Below, in pieces: positions 24,745 through 39,400 of a DNA stretch of 64,000 bases. The stretch lies in NCBI GenBank assembly GCA_048013815.1, contig CM106585.1:5642001-5706000 (forward strand), given 5' to 3'. Position numbers and translations under genes: made by a program. Below the pieces are notes generated by a model that worked only from the letters and a program-made list of their open reading frames with translations, did no database searches and was not told the DNA's origin. Origin of the DNA: Setoptus koraiensis. Lineage: Eukaryota > Animalia > Arthropoda. The number at the start of each line of letters is the position of its first letter. The stretch's first letter is position 1.

Positions 24745-25828
24745 GCTGCTCGCACCATCAAGTTGGCACCTAGTCAAGTGGGCTCATATGAGACTCACAT
24801 TATGAGTCATGCGCATTGTGCTGCACGCCAGAGGCCGGGTGCCGGGCGGCCGGCCCGTAACGGGCCGCTAGCATCCGGCCGCCGTGTTCTATTATTAACC
24901 GCTGGCGAGCCCGGCCAAAGGCGCGGCTCAGGGCGTGCACCTTGGCCGGCTGGCCCGGCGACCGGGCGCAACCGAGCGCTCGGTGTGCCCGCTCACTGTG
25001 AGTTGTTGGTTGGTTGGTGTGTGCCCATGCAAAAGCTGGCGAGCGCGCGACACCCGGGCGAGAGTTGTCTCGCCGGCCAGCACTGGACAGACGAGTCTGG
25101 CCAAATGCGTCTCGCCAAGCGGCCCAGCGGCCGAGCGGCGGCCTGGCCAGCCAAGAGTGAAGCGCTGTGGTGGCCGGCCGAGCGTAACGGACACTGGTCA
25201 AGTGTGTAAAAGTGTCCAGCCGTTAAGTTGGGTCAGTTAGCGGTGGTCGCATTGGCAGTCGCATTGGCAGTTGCAGTTGCGCCGTGCCATTGATCTGGCC
25301 ATTGTCCATGACTTGATGATATGATGAGCGTCGCACACAACAACAACAACGGCGCCACTGCCACCGTTGTTGCGTGAGCCGGCCCGCCGCTGCCAGCCAC
25401 TATGGCCATTTTTATTTATTTGGCCGGCCTCGCCGTCACGCCGTCGCTCGGCTAACGGGCTAACGGCCCGTCGGCAGCCCACGACAACAGCGCCACAGGT
25501 TAATGGTGTCAAGCTGGCTGGCCTGTCGCCTGTCGCCCTGTCTCGCCAAAGATAAAAGATTATCAGAGATTAGAATTAATTCTCGCCAGCTCGCTCGCCG
25601 TCTCGCTTCATTCGGCAGCCCGATGTGCGGTGTGCGTGTGTGTGTGTGTGTGTTTGTGTGTGGCGACTTATTGCCCATAATAAACATGACAAACATAATA
25701 AATATCTCTAAATAAACCGGCGCCGCTCGCTCGCTGTTGTCGGTGTGTGCGGTGCGGCCCACGACGGTCCGACGCAGCGACCGACAGTGCGCATCGTCCG
25801 CCCACGACGAGAGTCGCGCGCCCTCTGC

Positions 25829-25896
25829 ACTCCAGAGTGCGGACGGTGCAGACGGGTCTGGACTCCAGAGTGCGGACGGTGCAGACGGGTCTGGAC
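25829..25896. repeat. 33-bp exact tandem duplication
   Basis: ACTCCAGAGTGCGGACGGTGCAGACGGGTCTGG x2. Confidence 0.93.
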
Positions 25897-26144
25897 GGGG
25901 CCGGCCGACGGCGCGCACTGTGGCCCACTGTTGCGCAACGTTTGCAAACATTGTTACGTCATCACGCCAGCGCGTTATCGCTTATGGTCACACCATCGCG
26001 GGCTCGCCTCAGTCGCCTGTCGCCTGTTGCCTGTTGTTGCAACAGGCCGAACGGGTTGTCGGCTCGCTAAAAACACTTGTTGTTGTTGCCAAAATCACTT
26101 GTTGTTGCTGCGACAACCACTCGTTGTTGTAGTGAAAATCACCC

Positions 26145-26297
<153 letters not shown>

Positions 26298-27411
26298 GCG
26301 GTTGTCGCGCAACTGGCTCGTGCCATGCCATCCGTGCGCGCCGAAAGCCCGGGCCGATTGGCACGGCGCACAGTGGACAATTTCTGTGCCCGGCAACCGC
26401 TGGTCAGTGTCTGCGCCAGAGGCGAGTGGCGCTCGCCATGAACAGATAAATGCGAGACTCGTTTGGCGCGTGACGGACAACGCAACAAACAGGTGATTTG
26501 TCACAGATGATCTGTGACAGATCACTCGAAACCAGCCAGTTTCGCGCCACACACTGTGCCCGTGAGCAGCGGAAAGGCGTCGCTTTGGGCGCAAACTGAC
26601 CCATGGGCCAATTACGAGCCAATTACGAGTGACGAGCACACCTTGGGACGCCACCTACCAATTTGGTTTGGTAGTACCTTTGTCTGGTTTTACCACTGCC
26701 ACTACTGCTGTTGTAGTGTCACTAGTTTACTTGTACCTATACCTACACTTATACCCGTAAGTACCAGAGCTCGCGCATGCCCGTTACACAACAGGTATCA
26801 ACAGGCATTACGCAACAGGTAAGTGCACTAACAAGTATGATAACATGGCAACCGTTGTGAGACAGTTGTGCGCATCATGCGCACGACCCGCTCGCATCAT
26901 TAGTTGCGTCATTAGCGTGGTGAGCGTCATCATTAGCGATCATCGGCCGCTGATGATCATCATGCGACACTCACTGGCCGCTGTCGCTGGTCGCTGGTCA
27001 CTGGTCAGCGACGGTTGTCGCCACGATGCTCATGCGCCACAACGAGCCACCATGAGCCACCATGAGCCACCATGAGCGGCGATAGCTGCACACCCTGCCG
27101 CCAATATCAAGAGTATGACGTAATATGGAGAGCGTGACATAAATGTGCCACTGACTCACAGTGTTGAGCTGACTGTCGGCGATTGCATCTGTGTGCCGCT
27201 GTGTGTGCATCGATTGTCGCGCAGAGCGGCCGCACAAGTTGTCGGCTGTGCCCGCCGACGGGCGAGCCGCTGACCAGAGCCAGACGAGATCGGCTACTCA
27301 TTACAGTGGCACATTGCCCGAGGAGACGCTGCGGCGTTCGTCGCGGTGCGCTCGGCATGCCAGCCACGACACTGTCGCACTGCACACTGCACTAGATATA
27401 AATAGCTGCCA

Positions 27412-27475
27412 CCGTTACGCCGTCACACCGTCATACCGTCGCACCGTTATACCGTTATGCCGTCATACCGTCATA
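27412..27475. repeat. 8-bp degenerate tandem repeat x8 (CCGTYAYR-like)
   Basis: CCGTTACG CCGTCACA CCGTCATA CCGTCGCA CCGTTATA CCGTTATG CCGTCATA CCGTCATA. Confidence 0.85.
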
Positions 27476-30375
27476 GTGGCCATTAGCGGTGGCAGCGTCA
27501 CAAGTGTCAGCTGTGTCACCTGTATCAGCTGTGTCAGCTGTGGCAGCTGTGTCACATGGCACAGGTAGAGGGCACAGTGACAGACGGTGATGCGACAGTT
27601 TGGCTTGGCCAACGCCAATTCTGTGCCGAGTCGCATCGCCTCTGTGGAGCGCACGCTGCCAGTCGGCGTTGTTGCGTTCGTCGATGTTGCGCCAACTGGA
27701 GCCACAATCCACAGGCAGCGATCTTAACACTGTCAGGCTGACAGAGCGGCTCTTGTCACGGGCCAGCCCCGACCGGCCGGCCATTGTTGGCCGGACGGCG
27801 CGTTGAGCCGCCGCATCGCAACGTCGAAGCGTCACGTGAGCGTTCGGCCGGCTTGCCGGCCCCATCCAATTCGAACCCGTCTGAGCTGACGCGACCGACG
27901 CGACTGACGCGACTGACGCAACTGACGCGAATGACGCGAATGACAGAACCGACGCAGCCACACACAAGACCGATGCAATTGACGCAACCGAAAGTGCCGC
28001 CCGCCGCTGGCCGCGCCACCGACCGATGCGAAATGCGAAATATTGAGCGACAATAGCGCAGTTGGGTAGCGCTGTCGCGATGCTCGCCATTGTGCGCGCG
28101 AGTGCACAAACGGACAAGTGGATAAACGGACTAACGGACAAATGGAGTGTGTGACACACTTATTAGCGCAGATGAGGTCATCGGTGCCACATAATGACAC
28201 TCTCGCTCCCTCGTTGGCTCGCTCTCTCTCTCGCTGGCCCGCTCTCCGCTGGCAAGTCGGCGTAACGGTCCATTGTTCGCCCGGCTGGCACTTGTGAGCC
28301 GACGCAGCGTCGGCCGGCCCGCAAACTGGATGCGCTCGCCGGCGCAACAACGAGCGAAAAACGGCGACAGACACAATGACACCTGTCGCGCCTGTAATAT
28401 GTGGCAGCGCTGCCTGACATTAGTATGTGTATAATGTGTGATGCAAGCGAGCACAGGTGACCGAGTGAAAATGGCACTTGTCGGCGCGATCGGCGGCCGC
28501 TTGGCAGCGAGTCGCAGTGCTGGCAGCATTGTCGTGTCATGTTGTGGCCATTGTCGCTTTCACACACCGTTACACAACAAAATGCATCGCGGCTTTTGTG
28601 TGGCTGCTTTTGTGTCGCAGCTCCAACACTCACAAAGGCCAAGCGCTGTCGTTGTTGGGCTCTCACGGCTCCAAAGGGCTCAACGCCGACGGGCCGGCAA
28701 GCCGACGGCCGACCAGCTGACGGGCTCGGCGGAGTCGGGCTCGGCGGCGCAACGGAGACCGGCCCAGCGACAGCGCGATACCCGCATGTCGCGCGATTGC
28801 GGCTACAATGGCCGCCGGCTCGAAATAGCAGCTCCCCGAGCAGCGACCGATTGTCTCCGGTTTGCCGGCCGCCGGGCCGTTTCATGGCTGTTGCAATGTC
28901 GTTACGCTTGTCGCGACTTGCACTCGCTTTATATACGTTTTATATATAGACACACAAGGCCTGTGTGTGCGGTTGCCACAATGCACCGTTGCACACAAAG
29001 CGAGCGCTATTGTGATCAGCGGCTTGCAGCCAATTCGACAGGTGAGACGGCGACACGGCCAGAGATGCAGCCAAGGTTAAGCTAGACGGCGAGCAACGTC
29101 GACGGGAATTTTTCTTTTTTCTTTCGCTACATTTCAGTTGTCGCTCGATACTCAACTGCAGTTGCGACTCGCAACTTGCGAGAGTCGAGAGTTGAGAGTT
29201 GTGCACTTTGCAGTGTTTTATTGGCGCCGTTTGTCGCCAATGAAACACTCGTTATTTCGTTCGCAGCGCTCGCAAGTTGTCGTTTCGTTGTTTTCAACGG
29301 GCCCAATTCAGACAACAGCCCATTGACACAACGAAACGAACACACTCTGTGCGCGCCAACAAGTGACTTACGTAACAATACGGGCTGCCAACTGAACAAT
29401 GTTGCTGTTGTCGCGGACGATATGCGGCGGCGGCGGCGGCATTGTGTGTCGCTCAAAACTCGAGCACTTGTTGCAGTCGACTTGTCGCAACGCGCGGATC
29501 AATCACAACCTGCCAGTCACTAATCGCATGTCGATACTGCGTACGGTCGAAGGCATCGGCAGATTTGCGCACGGCACGCAAGTTAGCGCACTGCGGCCAC
29601 TATTGGCCAACACGAGCCGCGCAAACCGACCGAGCCATTGACGATGATTGACCGATTTCGCTAGACACACACTACAATGACAAATGATAATCTGATTCAT
29701 TGAGTGCGATTGTCTCGCACATACGCCACTCGCCCATCGCAAATTGATTGCACTCGAAGCCGGCCAAGCGACTGTTTTGTGTCGCTGTTGGCGTTATATC
29801 TGTTTTGTGCACGGTGGCCCGTTAACCGGCTGCACACCATAGCGCACACACCGGCACAAACCAGCAGATATGACACAGCCAGCGACGCAAACACTGGCTG
29901 GCTGCATCAAGACCGACATTACAGGTGTGAGTGAGAGCGACAGAGTGTGAACGCACAATCAATCGACCGACTGAATAATGTTGCATGATAAGACGCGACG
30001 CAACGTGACGAGACGAGACGTGACGTAATGCAACTTAACGCCACGCCAAGCCGCCAACCAGGTGAGCTCATGAGCATAAGTTACACGCACGCAGTGGGGG
30101 CATTAGCGGCTCACACTGGTCGTAGCTGCAACTCTCGTTGCTGCCAATCAAAACAACGAGCGCGCCGTTGTTGTCGCTCATAATCGCCCTGTCAGATTGT
30201 TGTTGTTGTTGTTGTTGTCGAGGCTGGCAAGGCGCGTGCGGCTCTCGCCAACAACGACGATCCCTAACGGCACACACACACACACACACAGGTAAGACAC
30301 ACACAGCATAGATTGTTATGGTGGTGGCAAAACGTAACTGTAAGGTCTGTGCGTTTGTTTGCTTAGAGGATAGAT

Positions 30376-30462
30376 CCGTCCAATCTGATCCAATCTGATC
30401 CTATCCGATCCGATCCAATCCGATTCAATCCAATCCTTTCCAATCCGATCCTTTCCAATCCA
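30376..30462. repeat. Degenerate pentamer array (ATCCA/ATCCG/ATCTG)
   Basis: Read directly. It produces the IG.DW-like ORF 30316-30636. Confidence 0.8.
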
Positions 30463-31202
30463 ACAACAACTTGCGTCCAACTTTCCAAAACTAACATACA
30501 TTGTAGTGCGACCAGTAACGGTCAGTGCATTAACCATTAATGCACATAAAGCAATCGACCTGAGCGACGCAACAACAGCCAGCAACAACAACAAGACACT
30601 TGTAATGGTGTTTCCACAATCGGCTACACAGGTCAAACAAAGAACTTTATGGTAGTGGTCAGCCCGGCCAGTGTCGGTTTGGTGGTCAAGCTCTAGGCGT
30701 CTAACTGTTCATTATCAATGCTTATTGTCGTCATCGTCCACTGTTGCTGGACGACACACTGGACAGCGAGAAAGATCGTTCAAGTTCAAGTGAGGAAAAG
30801 TGAGCATGATCAATTTTCAAATCCCTTGCCCAGGATAATCTATTTGCCCCCTATCTATTCATGACTCTCTCTGCCCCTCTCGCACTTGATTTGCTCGTTG
30901 CAGTTGTTGTTGTTGTCGTTGTTGCGCCTGCTGCTGTCGCTGTTGTTGATTTTGATTTTGTGCTAGCCCTGGCCGCTCGTTATTGCGCCTTAAATAGAGC
31001 CCCTCCTATCACACGACTTGCGCCAGCTTTTTCTGATTTTTATATTACACACACATACACACAGAATAAGATGATGAGAAGATCAAACGAAAGTCACCTT
31101 CGCCTGTCCTCACCTGTTTCTTTCTTGTTCGAAGTAAAACATTTGCCACTAGTATTGCTCATTTCGATACATACGCACACTGTTGAAAAATATCCCATGA
31201 TA

Positions 31203-31233
<31 letters not shown>

Positions 31234-33496
31234 CGTCTCTGTATATGATCTGGCTATGATTGCAATCGTGATCATTGGCTCTACCAACATGTTATTATTG
31301 TTACATGTACTATTATGTAACCTATCTCGTCGGCTCGCTCAACATTATCTTAGCTGGCTCAAACTAATAAGATAATAAGCTAACTAGCTAACAAACTACA
31401 AATGTTTTATGAGTGCAGCAAATGATTGCTACTTTCTCTCATGATGATCAACACAAGCCATACACTGATCGCACTGGCCGTAGACGTTCAACAACCTCCA
31501 ACAACAAAAACAACAACATGGCTAACTAAATTTATCTAACCTTTCTATCTAAAGCTAGCGCATTTGTTACCGACAAATAGATGAAGTTGCTCCAATTGCT
31601 CAGTATTAGCGCTACTACTACTACTACTATTTGTGAATATTGCCTCGCGCCCCCATTATGGCCTTATCATACGCCTATAGCTATCGACTGGAATACATTA
31701 CTATCAATTGATATTGATTCGTTTTGACTGGGTAACAATTTCACGAGATCGACTCTACTTCAACTATCAACTTTGACGCTGCTTATTTTCTTGCAATTCG
31801 TCTGTATGTCTTTTTATGCAAATGACTAGACACAAAGGCTACAATTTCGATGTGCAGCTTTCGCAAGGCAAAACAAGCTAGAGAAAGAGAGAGAGAGGAA
31901 GGAGGGGGGCAGCAAAAACAAAATAGACACACAAGGCCATATAATGAGAGATAGCACCGAAGGAATTAAGGTATTCGGGAATTTCAAAATATAAACAATT
32001 GCTACTGGGTGTCATTGTCAACATATATACACAAATATACTCATTTGCGAAGCCACAGTAGCATCATGCATAATGAATGTCAAGCCAGAGGACAATTACA
32101 ACAACGGAAAGGCCTTATCTTAATTACTCATCTTCTTTACAACAAACAAATCTCTTTTTATCTCACTGTACTCACTAGATCATCACTCACGCTGGTACAA
32201 CAAACACTTTCTGTGCCTCTCTGACAGAATAATCAAATGCTTGCTGAGCTTGTTTGCTGATTGCGAATCGGTCAGCTAATTACTTTTGGTCGAATAATGC
32301 CAGTCATCATCAACTTAATTTGCTGTCATAGCAACAAGAGTAGCCATTGTCATACTTGAGTTAATGGTGACATAATATCAAGCTAAACTTGAATTGGTAA
32401 AACAACTTGCCGTTGGCACGATGGGAAAACTTCCAAAGTGAGCAGCTAGCTCAGATAATGAACTGCCTTTTCGTATACATACTCGTAAAAATACAACAGG
32501 TCTAGTCCAATTAAATGTTGATCCTGACTTTGTTGACTTTGTTCAGTTGCAACATGATAAATTGAATGGCAGCAGTAGCAACAACAGCAACAATGACAAT
32601 TGTCTGACTGAAATATCAAAAATGATTTGTGAGATTGATCATCTTCATAATTAGGAATGGTGCATTTGATCGTTACAATGTCGGGCTACTTTCCGTTCTC
32701 GTAGTCTTCGCACTTCCAACTTTCAACAGTCTAGCAAATCATACTCTGGCTTCAGATAGATTACATTACCCATCTTATCTTGTTAATGATGGACAAGGTT
32801 TGAGTTGTCTATGCTACATTTTCATTAACGCTATAATAATTATATTAGCAAACAGTCGTCTACCCTCGAGGAGACACAAAATACACGAGAGATAAGCGAT
32901 ATCTTGTTAGCAGCGAATACGAGATGAATTCATGCTCATACTGATTGCAACTCGAGCCTTGAATCGAATGATGCCAGCTTGACTTGGCAGTTGTATCATT
33001 CTGAGTTGTTCACTTGAGTCGCAAACAATTTCTTACGCTCATCCTTCGATGAAAGAAGGATCCGATCGGAAGTATTGTTCAGCACCGATTTGTCTATCCT
33101 CCTGTCGTGTGACCATTTGCAGAATTGTGAATTTGAACTACCGCTGAAATTACAAAAAAAAAACATTCACAGTGGTAAATCAACAATATATCCTCCTGGT
33201 TCTACAAGATCCATTAAAATTGGAGGTTTAAAATCCAATTTGAATCGATTGGTGAGGCTTTGATCGAGAAAGATTTCAGGATCTGCTTCAATCAGCTCGA
33301 GAATTAATCTCAAATAATCTAATTAACGGTATTAAGAGTTTTGCAAATGCAAATACTTTATCAGACTACAACAATTTTTGGTAACAAAATGCACAATAAA
33401 ATCCAGTCTCTTGTCATGGCTTTCCGCGTAGGCCATCTATAATATAAAAAGAAAGTGTATAATTGAAATAACTACAATATAAATGTCAGCATGGGC

Positions 33497-36400
33497 TTAT
33501 ATCTCACTGGCTGAAGTTCTCCAATGTCCCCTCCCATTCGCTCTTGATCCTCCGTAAGTTGATGATGGGTGTTGGACTTGCATCGGGTTTAAGTTATTGT
33601 GACCATCCACAGCCATGGGATGTTGAAAGTTACCCATGGTGGATAAATGAGCCAGGCCGTTAGTTAAAAATCTATTAAGCTCATCCTGAGTATCAAATAT
33701 CATTACAGTAAATGGACTTCCTGGCACATGTACTCCAGCCCTGCAGTATATATTTATAAATGTGATTGAACGGACGTCAGTTTAAGGTTTCATAAAATTA
33801 TCGTAGGTTATACGGACTGAATTGTTAACTGGTTAAGTACTCACCACTTGATCTCAATCCTGTAGTCACCTGGCTCAGTAGGATCATATTTACATAGTAT
33901 TGTTCTGTCGCGTTGATTTTCACGTTGTGTCTCCATTCTGAATGCCCCTTTGGGACCGCGTATTCTCACAGTCAATTGTCCCGCTCCAGCCCCTCTTGTG
34001 TCACAGATGAACCGACTTTGATATAACGGCAAAACACCATGTTCAATTCCTGGTCCATATACGCGTACCTTGGATGCTTCTGGAGCACCGGATACTTTTA
34101 TGGTGAAAGGGCTTCGTGGTATATGAACATCGCCATACTTTATGGTTAGGTAGTGGCGACCAGACTCTTGTGGCTTGACGAACAGGATAAACGTGCCATC
34201 GCCTTGATCCAGAAGCTCACAAAAGGCGACTTTGTTTGGGCCATTGCACAAAGCTGTCAGTTCTCCAGGACCAGCACGTCTCGTATCTATGAATGTCTTG
34301 ATCTCTTTTCCTAGAACACCACCCTTAAGTCCATCACCGGTACATATCACCCTATTGGCATCGCAACTTGGTAATATATTGATCTTCAGTGGACAACCTC
34401 GAACTTGTTTACCATCCCATAAAACGTTCAACAAGTAGGTTCCTGCAATTGTAGGAGTGTAAATTGCTTTATAAACTTTGGCCTCTAAATGTACCACTTG
34501 AACATCTATATTGTTCTTGCTCCCGGTCAGTTTAACTACAGGACGACCACCGCCTGCTTCCGAACCATCGATAGTAAATTCTCCCTCTTCACCACACCTA
34601 GATCCCGCTAGACCGTGGCCTCTCAGAACAACTGTCGGGCACTCGCCGGATCCAAATTGTTTTCCTTGTTGAGACACTCCTTCTTCATTTGACATTGATG
34701 AAGTTGATTCTATTGGTGCTTGACTATTCACCATCGAATCGCTAATCAGGGATTTACCACTAGAGCTACTTGTGGACGGAAAAGCAATCATTGGTGACAT
34801 GGGCTCATTTATGGCGACGTCATTGTAAAATAATTTGATGAGATATATCTCATTCGCAGAAATAGCGTCTACATTGGTACACTTGGGTAACATTTTGTTA
34901 GATGGCGGGCAGGTATAAGTTAATCTATATCTGTGCAATACATATTGATCGACATGTAATGGGAATGAAATATCCGAATTTGTTTGAGAGACAGCTTCAG
35001 CTCGCAGCTTTCCTGGGCCACATTTAGATACGTCCAAAGTGATCTCTTTGGGCACATGAGGATCGTAATAGAACGCTCGTCTTTGAGGATTATCGCTCTT
35101 CTTGTTTATACTTGACAATTTATCCGTACCGCTCAAGAATTGAATCTTTGTCAGATCAACAACAGGGACAGAAAATGGACTGCCATGTACATGTACACCA
35201 TTCCAGTAGAGACTGAGATTTGCATAACCTATTTCCGTAGGCTTGTAATGCACCAAATAATTCCTAGTTTTTCTCTCTATCTTGGGAACAATTTCTCTAT
35301 CTCCACACTCGATACGTACTTTAAGTTGACCATCCTGCTGACTTTCCACTATAAATGAATTGTTTTCGTTTGAATTGGCCATTTTCAATCCGTCGCCAGT
35401 TGCTCTGACTTGACCTGCGAGATCCTGAGCGATAAACGTGATGGGACTTCCAGGCACCTCATATCCACTGAAAGTGATTGATATTTTGTATTTTCCTGGT
35501 GCTGTTGGAGTGAAACTGATAACTTCTCCCTGATCTTTGTTGTCCATGGATCGGACATCAATGGGTAAGTTTTTGCCCACAGGACTTGTGATGGTGACAT
35601 CTAGTTCTCCATAACCAGCATTACGTCGATCTAAATTGAATTGAATTCTTTCGTTAACTGGGTAAACTATTGATTTGACATCCGAAATCATGATGCTTGA
35701 TACATCAAAGGCTTCGCTCCTGTAAGATGTTAAGAAATTGCATGAATTGATTAGATCTAAAATACTTCGAAATAGAACTGGATGGCACCGAGACATCAAA
35801 AGTCTCTAATGTAGGGACGTCATAAGAACTGATTAAACTAAATTTCGAATTTCTAATACAGTATTTTTGCTCAACCTAACTCTATCAAAGACACACATTT
35901 ATATTATTACTAAGAGGGAAGGCAACACTTCTGGTGTTAAGTCGTCAAGTAGTCATTCTGACCGTTACTTCACTTTTTAAAGCCATTAGTTAAGTTGATT
36001 AGGTAACTATCTCAGTATGATAGGCAAAGTAAATTGGCCTGTGTAAATGACCTCGTCCAGTCAGTGAACTAGCGGATATTTTCTTTCTGCGCTCACGATG
36101 TTGTCCTATTTACACTATTACTTGATCACTTATCATATAATGAGCTATAGTTTGTCGATATCATTCATCACAATTAGATTAATCCCGCACTTAATATTAT
36201 ATTAGGCTCACATTGAGCTTAGAAATGGTGCTTTTTCTCTTCATTATATTGCCATTGTAGTAAGTGTTAATGTGACTAATCTATTTATTTATACTGTTGA
36301 TTACTTTTCGCTTACCTGTAAGGTGATTCCGACACTTGTTTTCCCATATAAAGGACTTCTATCCGATGTGATCCTAAAGTAAAATATTTGAAATAGAATC

Positions 36401-39400
36401 GGAGTCAAAATATTGTCGAAGCAAGATAGTTCAAGTTTGAAACTGAAAAAGGTATTCTCATCCCATGACAAAAGGATATATTGCGATAGTTTAGTTTCCG
36501 TGTTAAGCGAACATTGCAAAATCCCTGTCCCAAACTGGATAAAATAGTCCATCCCAGTTTGTTGTCAAGGAGTCATTACTTACCAACTCTTTCGGGTGTC
36601 CATTCAGCTAGTAAATTGCCGTCTTGTTGAATATAGCACTGAACATCAACTGGTGAATTGTTTGGATCGGTTATAATGATGTCAAAATCTTTGGCTTGAG
36701 CATAACCACCTGTTTCGATCACAAACGCCCCACTGCGGCCTACCGGCGATGATTTGAGACTTGTGCCATGAACTGTTATATTTTCGCTAGATTGATGTGT
36801 GTCATCGACTTGAGACTGAGGAATATTACTCTTACTGTTTGATTTTTTTATGTCAACTATAAGGGGTGAAACACTTATTGGATGTCCATGGCACCTTAGA
36901 TCTATAGTGTGTGTACCAGCCACTAACGGAATGAAACTGACATTATAAATGTTATCTGTTATTTCGCTCATGATATGCTCCAAGACCTTCTGCTGTTGAC
37001 TATTCGACGCACTAGGACCAGATATGCTGATATCGAGTTTAATCTTGCCAGCCCGACTCGCGTCAATCTTAATATTATGTTGCCTGCCTACTAATCCCTC
37101 ATTTTGGCAAGCAACACGAATTTGGTTCGGATCACAGACTTCGATGTAGTAGTATTTAAGAATTCGTTGGGTAGTCTTATCATATACTTCAATTGTGTGC
37201 GAACCTAATATTCATAAATGTGTGAGTAGCAAGACAGATACCATTAATTATTATGTGCGAAGTCATAAACTAAATAAACGACTTTTCTCTCTTTCAATCT
37301 CGTTAATTGAATGGCTAGTTGGTCTCGTGAGTCGTTCGGGCAATCAGAAATTCAAGTAAGCGACAAACAGCAACAAACAGCTAATTCGTTCTACTTATGT
37401 CTATGCTAGCTTAAAACGATAGGGTAGGTAGGCGCCGGGCAGCAGCGTGTGGCCAATTTTTTGATATCTGTTCGATGATTCGCTTAAATAAAGAATCTTC
37501 TTATACTATAAGACTTATAGTCACGGTTACTAAATCGTAAGCTCACGTTTCGGCTTTTTTAACAGCAAGTTCATGATGAGTGCTAGTCTGGCACAATTGT
37601 TTTGCACCATCACTCATGAACAGAAGTTGTTGGTCAAAGCTGATATAGAAATCCATCAGTTGATTGTGCCCTCAAGTAAATAACCTCGTCATGACAATGT
37701 GTTTATGTATAATTCATAATCCCGTAGAATGGTGGAACACTCTGCACTGTAGAGTATCAATCATTTGCAGTACAGTTTACCGAAAGCAATCTCAGTAATG
37801 AAGCCGCAATTGTTGCTGATCATTTCAAAATTCGAGACAACAATCCAGCTTCAAGCTAACGAGTCTTCTTCTATGCATGACTAAAAAAATTTCACATGGC
37901 GAATATATTTCTCTATCACATTAATTCCTTCAAGCTGCTAGATAATCACAATTCAAACTATATACGTTAGAAAGAATTTTCTCTTAACAATTAACTCAGT
38001 GACCCTTTGCTCATTGCAGCTAAATATAATTAACTTCTTTAAAAAGGAACTTACCGATATCCTCTGGTTGGTATTCAATTCGTGATTTCGTTATTGTTTG
38101 TCCATTATTGTCTGTTGAACTAGCTTGCTGCACAGTGTATTGAACATCTTCATTGGTAGGACTTAAGATCTTAATGAAGTATCGTGAGTCATTTACAATA
38201 CCTGGTTCTAGATAGACTACATTGGATATTCCCACGATACCAGAAGCGTATTCTTTTTGCACGTCAAGTTGCTTATTTTTAGAAGATACGATATTATTTT
38301 GAGCCTTGCTTGAATTGTCGAGGGTCAGTTCTGCTAGATTCGAGTTAATATCTTTAGATGATGTAGCTGCTTCGTCGAATATGTCTACTCTGAATGGCGA
38401 ATCAGGCACTTCTTCATCATTGAACGTTATCTCGACGAAATGTGTCAGTTTGTCGCGGGGGATAAAAGTTACATTATATAAACCTCGACTTTTCATCAAA
38501 ACTTCTGCCTTGACAGAAGATTTCTCAGTGGTAACAACTAATTCGAGTATACCTTCCCCAGCTTTAGAGGCGTCGACTTGAAAGGTAACAGGATGATTCA
38601 GGTAGCCTATTGGTTGCTTACTTTCTAGTAGAGTTTTATGACTTGGTTTAGCTGACTCGCCAAAATCGACCTCCACTTTTTTCACATCATATACATTACA
38701 TGTTATTGGACAACCGGGAACCAGTTCGTTACCTACCATAGCGGTAATTTGATGCGGGCCAATATCTATAGGGACAAAACTTATACCGAATGCAGATTTC
38801 GGAGTACCAGTTTTAGGATCCTTACTTCGAATAATCTCAACATTCGCTTTAGTCTGGCGATTAGTTGGGCTTACTATGTTGACTATACATTCTTTTTCAT
38901 CCAAAATGTTTCCAGTCTGCTTCCTATTAATTCCTTGGCCAACATAGTCGATACTGAACTGAACTAAATGGTTGACTGGCACGGTCTTGAGTTGAGCAAT
39001 ACCAGATATCTGCGATTGGGAAGCATTAGAAACTCTTATTTTGTATGGGCTTCCTGGGACGGGTTGACCATTGAATTTGACACTCAGGAAGTGATCCGTT
39101 GCCTCAAAAGGTTTGAAGTTCACTCTAAATGCTGCATTACCTTCGGATTGAACATAGTTTGGCACATTTCTCCCGTTGGCACATACAATAATTTCCAAGT
39201 TTCCACTGCCTGCTTGCGATGCGTCAATAAAAAAATATACCGGATGACCCAGAACGCCATCATTCACTTCTGACACTTTGACTTTGGTGTGATCATAAGC
39301 TTGTAATGAGAATGGGAATAAATTTGTAATTTCTGAGAGACTAGACTTAACTAACTTATGGTTTCGTGAGACATCAACTAAATAATCTCCCACCAGTTTG